Assembly: GCA_963764725.1 (NCBI GenBank)
Contig: CAVXTM010000018.1
Coordinates: forward strand, 544,001-608,000
DNA length: 64,000 bases
Direction: 5' to 3'
Source of the DNA: an uncultured Gammaproteobacteria bacterium
Lineage (GTDB): Bacteria > Pseudomonadota > Gammaproteobacteria > JACCXJ01
Of this stretch, positions 1 to 8,387 are shown in pieces. The position numbers and the translations under genes were made by a program. How positions within the stretch are numbered: position 1 is the first letter of the stretch; each line of letters begins with the position of its first letter. The notes beneath the pieces were generated by a model, which saw only the letters and a program-made list of their open reading frames with translations, was not told where the DNA came from and did no database searches.

Positions 1-205
1 CCTTGCGCCGCGCGATTTCAGGCCTCACCTTCAGTTTGCGGGTAGTAGCAACGAAGTATTCCTGCAGAACCTGTGTGGAGATCACGCCGCTACGCTGGAG
101 CCGTGCCTCCTCGACGAGGTTGAGAGCCGCCGTTTGCTTCTTGGGGGCATCGTGGTCATCCGTGTACACCAGTATGTTGCTATCGAAAAAACTACGAACG
201 CCCAT
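1..205 (-). CDS. vapC: PIN-domain (VapC-like) toxin; 5' part only, runs off window start
   Basis: Manual translation from ATG at 205: MGVRSFFDSNILVYTDD...ISTQVLQEYF; PIN motifs DSNIL and QVLQE; overlaps antitoxin stop. Confidence 0.85.
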   Translation of the reverse strand, partial: MGVRSFFDSNILVYTDDHDAPKKQTAALNLVEEARLQRSGVISTQVLQEYFVATTRKLKVRPEIARRK

Positions 206-419
206 GCAACTCCTCACGGTCGAAGCGCCACCCTCGTGAATGGCCCTTGCTCTTCTGGCTCAAACGGCGCAGCTCCTCCATTTCCTCTTGAGCCTCACTC
301 TGGCGTGTCAGCTGTTCGAGATAGTCGCGCACGAGTTGGTTCAGACTCTTTCCCATGGCTTGGGCAACTTTGCGCGCCTCTTCGGCGACCTTTTCGTCGA
401 TGGACAAGGTGATGTTCAT
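192..419 (-). CDS. DUF6364/CopG-like RHH antitoxin
   Basis: MNITLSIDEKVAEEARKVAQAMGKSLNQLVRDYL...WRFDREELHGR; directly upstream of PIN toxin. Confidence 0.8.
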   Translation of the reverse strand: MNITLSIDEKVAEEARKVAQAMGKSLNQLVRDYLEQLTRQSEAQEEMEELRRLSQKSKGHSRGWRFDREELHGRS

Positions 420-446
420 AGGGGACCTCTCTGCGGTGACAAATAA

Positions 447-479
447 GCACATACTATGTGCGCGCACATTATGCGTCAA
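447..479 (-). promoter_or_regulatory. Sigma70 promoter and palindromic operator of TA operon 1
   Basis: Minus strand TTGACG-17-TAGTAT overlapping palindromes GCACATA-C-TATGTGC and ATGTGCGCGCACAT. Confidence 0.6.
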
Positions 480-553
480 TCATTGGCACTGCGACTTGTT
501 TTTTTTAGTTGCTCTCAGCATGTAACGCAACGAGGGCGCGATTTGGCTTGCGA

Positions 554-785
554 GACTTTTGCGGGACGTCGTTAGACACTGTTAGACACCGTACGACATT
601 CTGTGTGCAACGGGCTCGGGCAACTGTATCGTTAAATCAATGACTTATAGGTAGAGCAGGTGACTGAAAATCCCTGTGTCGGCGGTTCAATTCCGTCCCT
701 GGCCACCAATATAATCAATGGCTTGCAGCATTTCTACCCCGCTCACTTGTCTAATATTTTCGCGTTTTTTCTAATTTGTTAGACA
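554..785 (+). repeat. attP-like junction, copy 1 (arm sites, IHF box, 3' tRNA-Phe fragment, IHF box, arm sites)
   Basis: GTTAGACACT/GTTAGACACC tandem 571-590; AATCAATGACTTA 635-647 and AATCAATGGCTTG 713-725 match IHF WATCAANNNNTTR; TGTCTAA 748-754 and GTTAGACA 778-785; 554-711 repeated at 6638-6795. Confidence 0.8.
650..708 (+). pseudogene. 5'-truncated tRNA-Phe(GAA) fragment (att core)
   Basis: GGTAGAGCAGGTGACTGAAAATCCCTGTGTCGGCGGTTCAATTCCGTCCCTGGCCACCA; no 5' acceptor strand, 5' side of anticodon stem mispairs. Confidence 0.9.
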
Positions 786-914
786 GCAATTATTTTGGAG
801 CTGACGTAAGCCTCGGTTGTTATGAAGGATTACGTACGCAAACAAAAGCGAGCAGGGGACGCTGTTCTCGCGGGTTGCTATAGGGATGCATATCAAAGAT
901 GCAGGACTGGCTGC

Positions 915-1149
915 CGCATCTTTTGCGCATAGTCAACGAGTGGACCTCGTACTACAACACAGTACGTCCGCACCGGTCGCTCGGTCCTGGGATCCCAAGT
1001 CCTCCGGACACCTTACCCGTCGCTGTTACATCGTACCGACTTCCCGGACAAGCGGGACGTTTTCGCACGCCCTTTGCTTGGCGGCCTGCACCACGATTAT
1101 CGGTTGGTGCCAGTCGCGGCATGAGTTCGGAAGATAATTGCGGACGACA
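915..1149 (+). mobile_element. C-terminal fragment and right end of an IS481/IS3-like integrase-core element
   Basis: LLRIVNEWTSYYNTVRPHRSLG; homologous to 5480-5719; ends TTGCGGACGACA. Confidence 0.75.
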
Positions 1150-1252
1150 GTCACTGCCATTGAACAAGTTTTGCTGGATATCGCATTGTCATGGCCTATT
1201 CAAAACACCTGTGGCGGCCTAGACTTGGATTTCGCCTATTACAGGTTCGGCG

Positions 1253-1759
1253 TCAGACGGCTCGACTGTCATATGCCCAATGTAGTAGTGCCTGCCTCTG
1301 CTTCCTTCGGCAACTCACATCCGCCTTTGCGCACCCCTTCTTGATCTGAGCAATATGTCTTGTCATCGCTTTCCATCTCTTGATCTGACGTTCGTCATCG
1401 GGACATCTCCTGCCCATAAAGTACCGGCAGTACCACTGAAACCACCCCCGCGGGTCCTCGCTATAAATCCAACCCTTTTCCTCCCACACAGCCAATGCCT
1501 GGGAGGCGTTGACGCCAAAGCAATTCAGGTCAGGATCGTGGCACCTGTGACAGAGTTTAGCCCCTGCAAACCAATCTCCGGGGAATTCGTCCGTACAGTC
1601 GGTCATGTATTTCCCGCCAAACACACCCAGCTCGAGCATCTGCTTTGGAGTTAGCTCAGGTTTGAAGTCAGCGTGATAGTTCTTGCCCATCGGTTCGGTC
1701 AGGAAATAGACGTAATTGCTTTGCATGAGGTCCTTCACAACTACTCTGCGCTTCTTCAT
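1253..1759 (-). CDS. Conserved hypothetical protein (TPKQMLELGVFGG...DPRGWFQWYCRY...RQALLHWAYD family)
   Basis: Intact 168-aa ORF with family-like Trp/Arg motifs. Confidence 0.8.
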   Translation of the reverse strand: MKKRRVVVKDLMQSNYVYFLTEPMGKNYHADFKPELTPKQMLELGVFGGKYMTDCTDEFPGDWFAGAKLCHRCHDPDLNCFGVNASQALAVWEEKGWIYSEDPRGWFQWYCRYFMGRRCPDDERQIKRWKAMTRHIAQIKKGCAKADVSCRRKQRQALLHWAYDSRAV

Positions 1760-2103
1760 GGCTCGTTTCTACGGTTCAGTCTGCGCGTTTAGCTCTATCA
1801 CGAGATAGCCACAAATGGTGCAGACCGCTGCGGTCCCCGTTGCGCCCAGCTCGCCGCCTCGCGAGCCTCCGTGCGGAAATGGGCGCGTGGCTGTGATGAA
1901 ACTCATGCTCAGGCGTGCTCGGCTTACCTGCCTTCGTTACGATTAAGGTAAGCCAACGATATCTGCGACAGCGTCGCCTCACAAGATGTACGCACTGAGT
2001 ATTTTATGTTTCGGGGATTGAGCCATAAGCGACCAGACTTGCCCGTTTCGATGTCCAACAGAACACAAAAATAAAAAATTAGCACTGTACGGAATGCAAG
2101 GCT

Positions 2104-2166
2104 GAACTAACGTACAGATTAAGCGGCGGCCACGCTTTGTGTTGGCCGTCCGCTTGAACGCTTGGC
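2104..2166. other. Integron attC-like site, one end interrupted
   Basis: GAACTAAC box, then stem AAGCGG-CGGCCA / TGGCCG-T-CCGCTT with one extrahelical T. Confidence 0.6.
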
Positions 2167-2380
2167 GTACGCCCGACATGGGCATGAACTTATGGGGTGA
2201 AAGCCCCCTGTAAGAGTATCGGTAATGTCTATTATAGGACAAATGCAACTACTAGCCGACGGCAAGGGCAATCCCGCGAGGGGTGGTCTGAAGGAAGCCC
2301 GAGCGCAAAGGTGCGAACCGACGGACCGAAATCGCATAGAAGTCTCCGGGCGAGTCAGCACAAGATGACGAAGCCCACCG
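2167..2380 (+). mobile_element. Group IIC (attC-type) intron, 5' domain I fragment, no RT ORF
   Basis: Starts GTACGCCCGACATGGGC...GGGTGAAAGCCCC; contains GCAACTACTAGCCGACGGCAAGGG...GTGGTCTGAAGGAAGCCCGAGCGCAAAGGTGCGAACCGACGGAC, as recalled for IIC-attC introns. Confidence 0.75.
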
Positions 2381-2384
2381 AGGT

Positions 2385-3085
2385 ACAGGTGTCTTGGTAA
2401 TGCCTCCGAGGAGCTGCTGGAGCGCGGAGTCATCAACGATGAGGGGGTCGGTCAGTAGGTAGTGCATCTCCACAAATTGCCGAAGGAACGGGTCGAAAGG
2501 CCCAGGAGACGCAGCATCATCTTGCCGGCAACCCCGTAACGTGGGCGTGCCCCATAGGCCAGCCGTGCGAGTTCAAGCTGAGTCGTGATGCCGTCGCCCC
2601 CAAGGGTTCCACGCCCGTCCGAAGGCCGAAGGAGTGTCCAGGAGCTTTGTCACCACCGGGTCAACGTCGGGTACGAACATGAACTCGTGCGGTCGGTCGA
2701 TCGGACCGATGAGTTCTGCTTTACGATTCTGCTTTGCCGCGACGAAGAGGTCACTGAGCAAACTTCGTTCGACACCCGGCCCGTAGAAATCCGGCAGGCG
2801 CAAGACAGTGGTTCTAATCCTGGCGGTGGTGTGCGCTTCCAGGACACGGTTTTCCTGTTCCTTGCGCTTCCGTCCCTTGAAGGTATGAGGCTCCTTTGGA
2901 TGATCCTCTGTCACACGCGCACTCTGCGGCCGGCCGAAAACGTACAGCGTACCGATAAGGAGCAGGCGGTCAACCTTTTCTGAGATCGCAGCATCGATGA
3001 CGCGGCGCATCAGGAGATGAAAATCCGTGTATCGAACGCCAACCATATAGACGACAGCTGGGACGCCCCTGAGAGCAGCCCTGAT
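2385..3085 (-). pseudogene. NAD-dependent epimerase/dehydratase, frameshifted and truncated
   Basis: GTLYVFG, LRLPDFYGPG, HEFMFVPD; C-terminal MHYLLTDPLIVDDSAL in another frame. Confidence 0.75.
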
Positions 3086-3213
3086 GGACTGTGCTGCGCA
3101 TTTAATCTCCGACCGGGCGTTACTCCGGTTTTTGGCCCGCCGCTAGCTAGCAAGTCGCTGAGAAATCGGTGTAACCTGATCGCATGGGATTCGTTCGTCA
3201 GGCCTTAAATTGT

Positions 3214-4596
3214 GGGTCTTCGTGAAAACGTGTGGGTAATTTTGTTTCCATGATCACGCTGCAAGGCTTGCTCCGCAAGGGATTACGCCCGGTTGAAGGG
3301 ACGGTAATTTCTGGCATGCTGTGGCGATGGCTACCCAACGCAAACGCTCTCGTCGTCTCACCGACACATACGCCTTTGACGGCTTTCGTCCACAAGCAAC
3401 GGTACGCGGGGTTTTCGGGGAACCGAAGGTCCGCATCGTCACGCTCGTACGACGCTCAAAAAAACACGCTGTGGAGTCTGCGGTACGTTGCATCGCGGTT
3501 GGTACGACAAGAAGCTGCGGCAGGTTCGAGATCTCTCCTGCGGGGATACGCACGTGCGGCTGGAGTTGGAGGTCCGGCGTGTGGATTGCCGGCAGTGCGG
3601 CAAGGTGAAGCGCGAGCGTCTGGACTTTCTGGCCGACAACCCTTTCTACACCAAGCGCTTTGCTTTCTACGTCGGGCGGCGCTGCCGCACGAGCACCATC
3701 AAGGCGGTGGCCGATGAGTTGGATCTCGACTGGCAGACGGTCAAGGAGTTGGACAAGCAATACATGGGTGCGCAGCTTGCACGGGCTGGCCGGCCAGGAC
3801 CTGCGGTTATCGGCATCGATGAGATCGCCATCCGCAAAGGTCACACCTATCGCATCGTGGTCAGCGATCTCCTCCGTGGCCGACCGATCTGGTTTGGCGG
3901 GACTGACCGCTCTCAGGCCAGCATGGACGAATTCTTCAAATGGCTGGGGCCGCGTAAAACCAAGGGGGTGCGCTTGGCTGTGATGGATATGTGGAAGCCG
4001 TTTCGCAACAGCACCAGAGAACAAGCGCCCCAGGCGGCTATCCTGTTCGACAAATTTCACGTGACGCGTCATCTGGGCGAAGCGCTCGATAAGGTCCGCA
4101 AGGGGGAGTACGCCCGACTCAGCGGCGAGAAACGTACCTACATCAAGGGCCAAAAATATACCCTGCTCTCCCGGCGGGAGAATCTGACCCTCGATGGTCG
4201 AGCTGCCTTGAAGAGGCTCCTCGCCGCCAACAAGCGGCTGAACACTGCTTATCTGCTCAAGGAATCTTTCGGCCAATTGTGGAGCTACGAGCGTGAAGCG
4301 TGGGCGCGACGTTTCTTCGAGAACTGGCGTAACGCGCTTAAATGGCAGCGTCTGAAACCGTACGAGAAATTCGCCGAGATGATCGAGCGCCATTGGGATG
4401 GGATCGCTGCTTATTGCAAACCAGAGAACAAGATCTCTCTCGGATTCGTCGAAGGACTCAACAACAAGATCCGCGTCATCCAGCGCCGCGCCTACGGACT
4501 CCGCGACGAGGATTACCTGCGCCTCAAGGTGCTTACCTGCATGCTGCCGGTACTGTGAAAACACCATTTTCTACCCACTCACTTTCACGATGAGCC
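3214..4596 (+). mobile_element. ISL3-family insertion sequence, complete
   Basis: Imperfect IRs GGGTCTTCGTGAAA / TTTCACGATGAGCC; perfect 8-bp TSD TAAATTGT (3206-3213, 4597-4604). Confidence 0.92.
3327..4558 (+). CDS. ISL3 transposase (short orfA plus -1 frame orfB joined at an A7 tract near 3459-3465)
   Basis: Zn finger, GIDE, MDMW, FDKFHV, EGLNNKIRVIQRRAYG motifs. Confidence 0.9.
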
Positions 4597-5693
4597 TAAA
4601 TTGTTTTGTCGACCTCGTTGCGCTTAGCCGCACGCTCGTCGCAAACGGCCTACGCTTTCTAGCCCTCTGCATGAAGAGCCGCCCGACGCTCGCGGCGGAG
4701 ATTCTCTTTCTTCGAAAACAGCTGGCGTTCTATCAAGAACGGAAACTGGTTCCACGACGCTTTGACAACGCTTCGCGCTATCTCCTCGTGCTGCTCTCGC
4801 GTTGCTTTGACTGGAAGGAGGCTCTCGTCAATGTCACCCCGAAGACATTAATCGGGTGGCACCGCGTCGGGTTTCGACTGTTCTGGCGTTGGAAATGCCG
4901 GCGTGGACGACCTCGGATCCCCGTAGAACTTCGCGCGCTGATCCGCCAGATGGCTCGCGATAATATAAGTTGGGGAGAAGAACGCATTGCTAACGAACTC
5001 TTACTCAAACTCGGGATCCACCTCTCCCCGCGTACCGTTCGTAAATACATGCCGCAACCTCCACCGGATCGAGCGCGAGGTGATCAACGCTGGTTAACCT
5101 TCATACACAATCACGCCAACGCGATTGTGGCCTGCGATTTCCTAACCGTCGTTACCGCGTCTTTCAAATGTCTCTATGTCTTTGTGATCATTGATCTCGG
5201 AACCCGAAAGCTGTTGCACATCCATGTGACCGATCACCCGACCGCTAACTGGACACTACAACAGTTGAGAGAAGCTATGCCCTCTGACCATCCGTATCGA
5301 TACCTGCTGCATGACCGGGATAACATCTTCTCCGCCGATCTGGACGCGTCCATCAAGAAATTCGGTTTGCGTGTTTTGAAAACTCCCTACCGCAGTCCCA
5401 TGGCAAATTCGTTCTGCGAACGCGTGATCGGAAGCCTACGCCGAGAATGCCTGGATTTCTTGATCCCATTAACCAAAGGGCATTTACTGCGAGTCGTACA
5501 AGAGTGGTCCACCTACTACAACACGGCACGAGCCCACATGTCGCTCGGTCCCGGGATCCCAAGCCCACCCGAAGCATTATCCGTAGCACTCGGAGAACAC
5601 CGACACCAGCCTCCCCAGAGCCAGCAGGTTTGGGCGCGCCCTGTTCTGTGTGGGTTGCATCATGATTACGTGCTGATGCCTGTACCTGCGTGA
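4597..5693 (+). pseudogene. rve integrase-core transposase, first ~10 codons separated by ISL3
   Basis: GRPRIP, WGEERIANEL, ACDFLTV, LHDRD, ERVIGSLRRECLD. Confidence 0.85.
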
Positions 5694-5721
5694 GTCCGGA
5701 AAGATTCTTGCGGAGGACAAT

Positions 5722-5845
5722 TGACCTCTTTCGGTGTGAATCGATTTTGCTGCACAGCTATTGGGTCATGGTGGTCATCGATGTGTTTAGCCGACGGCTC
5801 ATCGGGCTCGCTGTCGAGCGCGGACACCTGGATGGAATCGCGTGG
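5722..5845 (+). pseudogene. Short integrase-core fragment
   Basis: DLFRCESILLHSYWVMVVIDVFSRRLIG. Confidence 0.6.
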
Positions 5846-5911
5846 TATACAAAAACTCGATCGAGCCTGATGCACCAGGATCTTACCTCGACTGAAGGGG
5901 AACGAGTTCCG

Positions 5912-6304
5912 CTAATCAGTGCGAAGGTGGACGGAATTTATCCGTAGCCATGCCGCAAAGGCCTCTTCGGAAAGGCTACCGTCTGCCAGGCTGACCATCG
6001 TCCTTACGCAGGCCGCATTGTCAGCTATAAGCTCGTACCCGTTCAGGGCCAGAAAGAGCTCTGTCACCACAAAGGCTGTTCGCTTGTTACCATCCACGAA
6101 GGGATGATTACGTGCGATCCCGAATCCATAGGCGGCTGCGATAGCAGGAATGTCGGGGTCGGCGTAGGCTACGGTGTTTCTGAGTCGTGCGAGCGCGGAC
6201 TGCAGCAACCCGAGGTCGCGCACACCGGTGGGACCGCCGTGCTCGGCAAGGTGCTCTTCATGTAGGGCAAGAACGATAGACTCCTCGAGCCATACGATCG
6301 ACAT
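5912..6304 (-). CDS. doc: Death-on-curing (Fic/Doc) toxin
   Basis: HGGPTGVRDLGLLQSAL and HPFVDGNKRTA Fic motif. Confidence 0.95.
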   Translation of the reverse strand: MSIVWLEESIVLALHEEHLAEHGGPTGVRDLGLLQSALARLRNTVAYADPDIPAIAAAYGFGIARNHPFVDGNKRTAFVVTELFLALNGYELIADNAACVRTMVSLADGSLSEEAFAAWLRINSVHLRTD

Positions 6305-6528
6305 TACTTCGCCAGCTTACGCAGAACATCACGGCGCTTTTTCATGATTTGCCGGGCGATGGTCATCTGGATCTCGAACTCCGGGCTATAAGGTGTTAGG
6401 CGGTAGCCGTCTGGGGATTCGGTCAAGAACACCGTGTCACCTTTCTCGAGCTTGAGCTTGGTCAGGACCTCTTTTGGCAGCACCATACCGATCGAATTTC
6501 CAATGGCGGTAAGTTTGAGGGTCGGCAT
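6304..6528 (-). CDS. AbrB/MazE-family antitoxin
   Basis: MPTLKLTAIGNSIGMVLPKEVL...LEKGDTVFL; coupled to doc. Confidence 0.92.
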   Translation of the reverse strand: MPTLKLTAIGNSIGMVLPKEVLTKLKLEKGDTVFLTESPDGYRLTPYSPEFEIQMTIARQIMKKRRDVLRKLAK

Positions 6529-6541
6529 GAGAGGATCTCGC

Positions 6542-6586
6542 GTTATTACTTGTGTAATAACATAGTGTAGACCCCGAGAGTTGTCC
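6542..6586 (-). promoter_or_regulatory. Promoter and operator of TA operon 2
   Basis: Perfect inverted repeat GTTATTAC-TTGT-GTAATAAC (6542-6561); minus strand TGGACA-17-TATGTT. Confidence 0.65.
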
Positions 6587-6637
6587 AGAGAGAAATCGGG
6601 CACCTGGCTAGGAAATGCTTGTCAATTCGGCCAGCGG

Positions 6638-6867
6638 GACTTTTGCGTGACGTCGTTAGACACTGTTAGACACCGTACGACATTCTGTGTGCAACGGGCG
6701 CGGGATACTGTATTGTTAAATCAATAACTTATAGGTCGAGCAGGTGACTGAAAATCCCTGTGTCGGCGGTTCAATTCCGTCCCTGGCCACCAATAGAAAC
6801 AATAGCATGTGTGCCATTATTCACTTACATGTGGTCCGCAATTTTCTAAACGAACTGCCTTAGACAC
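6638..6867 (+). repeat. attP-like junction, copy 2, with 3' tRNA-Phe fragment (ends 6792)
   Basis: 6638-6795 aligns without gaps to 554-711 with 7 substitutions; right arm diverged but keeps TCACTT, TTTTCTAA and TTAGACA. Confidence 0.8.
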
Positions 6868-7009
6868 TCTTACTTTGTGGGGTCTACCTTGTCCCTGTCT
6901 GTGGCGAATCATCAATTGTACCGAGAAATTCGAACTCAATTCAGCCTTGTATATCCGTGCGTAACGGGTAAGGTAAGTGGATGCGAGAAGCTTTCGTCCT
7001 CCTTGCTTA

Positions 7010-7150
7010 TCTTCACGACGCTGGTAAAGCGGCATCGGATTCCGCTGGCGGCCTTCGCCTATATCGGTAACGACGTGAACGATATCCCGGCCGTCGCGCT
7101 GACCGGTCTCTCGGCTTGTCCGAGCGATGCCGTGGTAGAGGTCCGGCCAG
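7010..7150 (+). pseudogene. KdsC-like HAD phosphatase fragment
   Basis: AYIGNDVNDIPAVALTGLSACPSDAVVEVR. Confidence 0.65.
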
Positions 7151-7193
7151 CGGGTGCGGGAGGAAAAGCAATAGCGCTCGACAGCGTGCGGCG

Positions 7194-7895
7194 ATGCGCA
7201 TGAACGCCCTCCGGTTCTTGATCGGCACGACACGAGCCCGCTGTCTCGCTTTGGCGAGCAGTTTGGCATGGGCAAGCCTCGCTGGGTGCGCGGACACGTC
7301 TCCCGAATGCCGGGACCTCCTCGCGCAGGCCCACGAGCGGGCCGAGAGGGGGAACCTCGATGCGCAGTTTAAGCTTGGACAGATGTACGAACACGGGGGG
7401 AAATGTGTCGCCGTGGATATGCAGGCGGCTGCGAAATGGTACCGCCAAGCCGCGGACAGTGGGCATGCCGGTGCGCAAAAGGTCTTGGGTTTCATGTATG
7501 CGGGCGGCGTCGGCCTGGAGGAAGACACGAAGCAGGCTGTCTATTGGTTTCGCAAGGCCGCCGAACAAGGCCACCCCGAGGCCCAGGTCGGTTTAGGCAT
7601 CGCATATCTGCGCGGGGTCGGGGTCCCCCAGGACCTCGATGAGGCCACAAAGTGGCTGCGGCGATCGGCCGAGCAAGGTTTCGCACGGGGTCAATTCAAC
7701 CTCGGTCATTCCTACGAAACCGGACAGGGAGTGCCGCAAGATTATGTGCAAGCGTATATGTGGTACAAACTGGCCGCTGGCCGGTACCCGAAAGCCGACA
7801 GGGCCCTCAAGCGTCTGGCAGAAACAATGACGCCGCAGGCGGTCGAAAAAGGAAACCGTTTAGCCAAAGATTGGAACGAAGCAGCGGTCGATTGA
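7194..7895 (+). CDS. Sel1-repeat lipoprotein
   Basis: Lipobox LAGC; about 4 Sel1 repeats (AQFKLGQMY, AAEQG). Confidence 0.9.
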   Translation: MRMNALRFLIGTTRARCLALASSLAWASLAGCADTSPECRDLLAQAHERAERGNLDAQFKLGQMYEHGGKCVAVDMQAAAKWYRQAADSGHAGAQKVLGFMYAGGVGLEEDTKQAVYWFRKAAEQGHPEAQVGLGIAYLRGVGVPQDLDEATKWLRRSAEQGFARGQFNLGHSYETGQGVPQDYVQAYMWYKLAAGRYPKADRALKRLAETMTPQAVEKGNRLAKDWNEAAVD

Positions 7896-8084
7896 CGACA
7901 TCACCTCGATGTTAGATACCTCGACGACGGTGCCGACGGCCACCCGGCTCCAGTTCTCGGCAGCACGATAAAGCAGTCGGCCGCGCTCATCGAGGTCAGC
8001 AGGGCCGAACCCTGAGGCCCGGCGCTAGCCCGGATTTCTCGTGCGCCGTGCAAAGGCACGGTCTTTCAGCGGGTGCGAACCCGC

Positions 8085-8285
8085 CCGGTAACTCAGTGAG
8101 GCAATCTCACTTCTTCGATGAGCGACTGTGCACGCGATGGCGAAAGCGCTCGCCATAAATCGTATCTCGATCGCGTAGCAATAGCGGGGTGCCGTATCCC
8201 AGGGGAAGGCCCGACGATTTGTTGGGCTACCCATGTTGCAGCCGATGAGTAGATGGGCCAGAAGGACGAAGAGTTCTCGCGTGCC
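8085..8285 (-). pseudogene. Degraded integrase-core fragment
   Basis: AFPWDTAPRY followed by RDRDTIYG in another frame. Confidence 0.6.
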
Positions 8286-8387
8286 CCTACCTTACCAACC
8301 CGGCATGCCTAGACAAGACGACGATTAGCAGGAATTTTCCCTCGAATTAGCGGTTCGCCACACACAGGTAACGACCGAGGCAGAACA

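Larger units (their letters stand above)
3090..5719 (+). mobile_element. IS481/IS3-like integrase-core element interrupted by ISL3
   Basis: Ends TGTGCTGCGCATTT and TTCTTGCGGAGGACA; flanks ATGGAC/ATTGAC; ORF start MGFVRQALNC at 3184 continues in frame after ISL3. Confidence 0.75.

Noticed and set aside
650-708. Functional tRNA-Phe genes (also 6734-6792)
   Set aside because: The 5' acceptor strand and D-arm start are absent and the anticodon stem mispairs; treated as att cores.
554-6795. CRISPR array
   Set aside because: Only two long repeats 6 kb apart, no 30-40-bp spacers, and no cas genes in the window.
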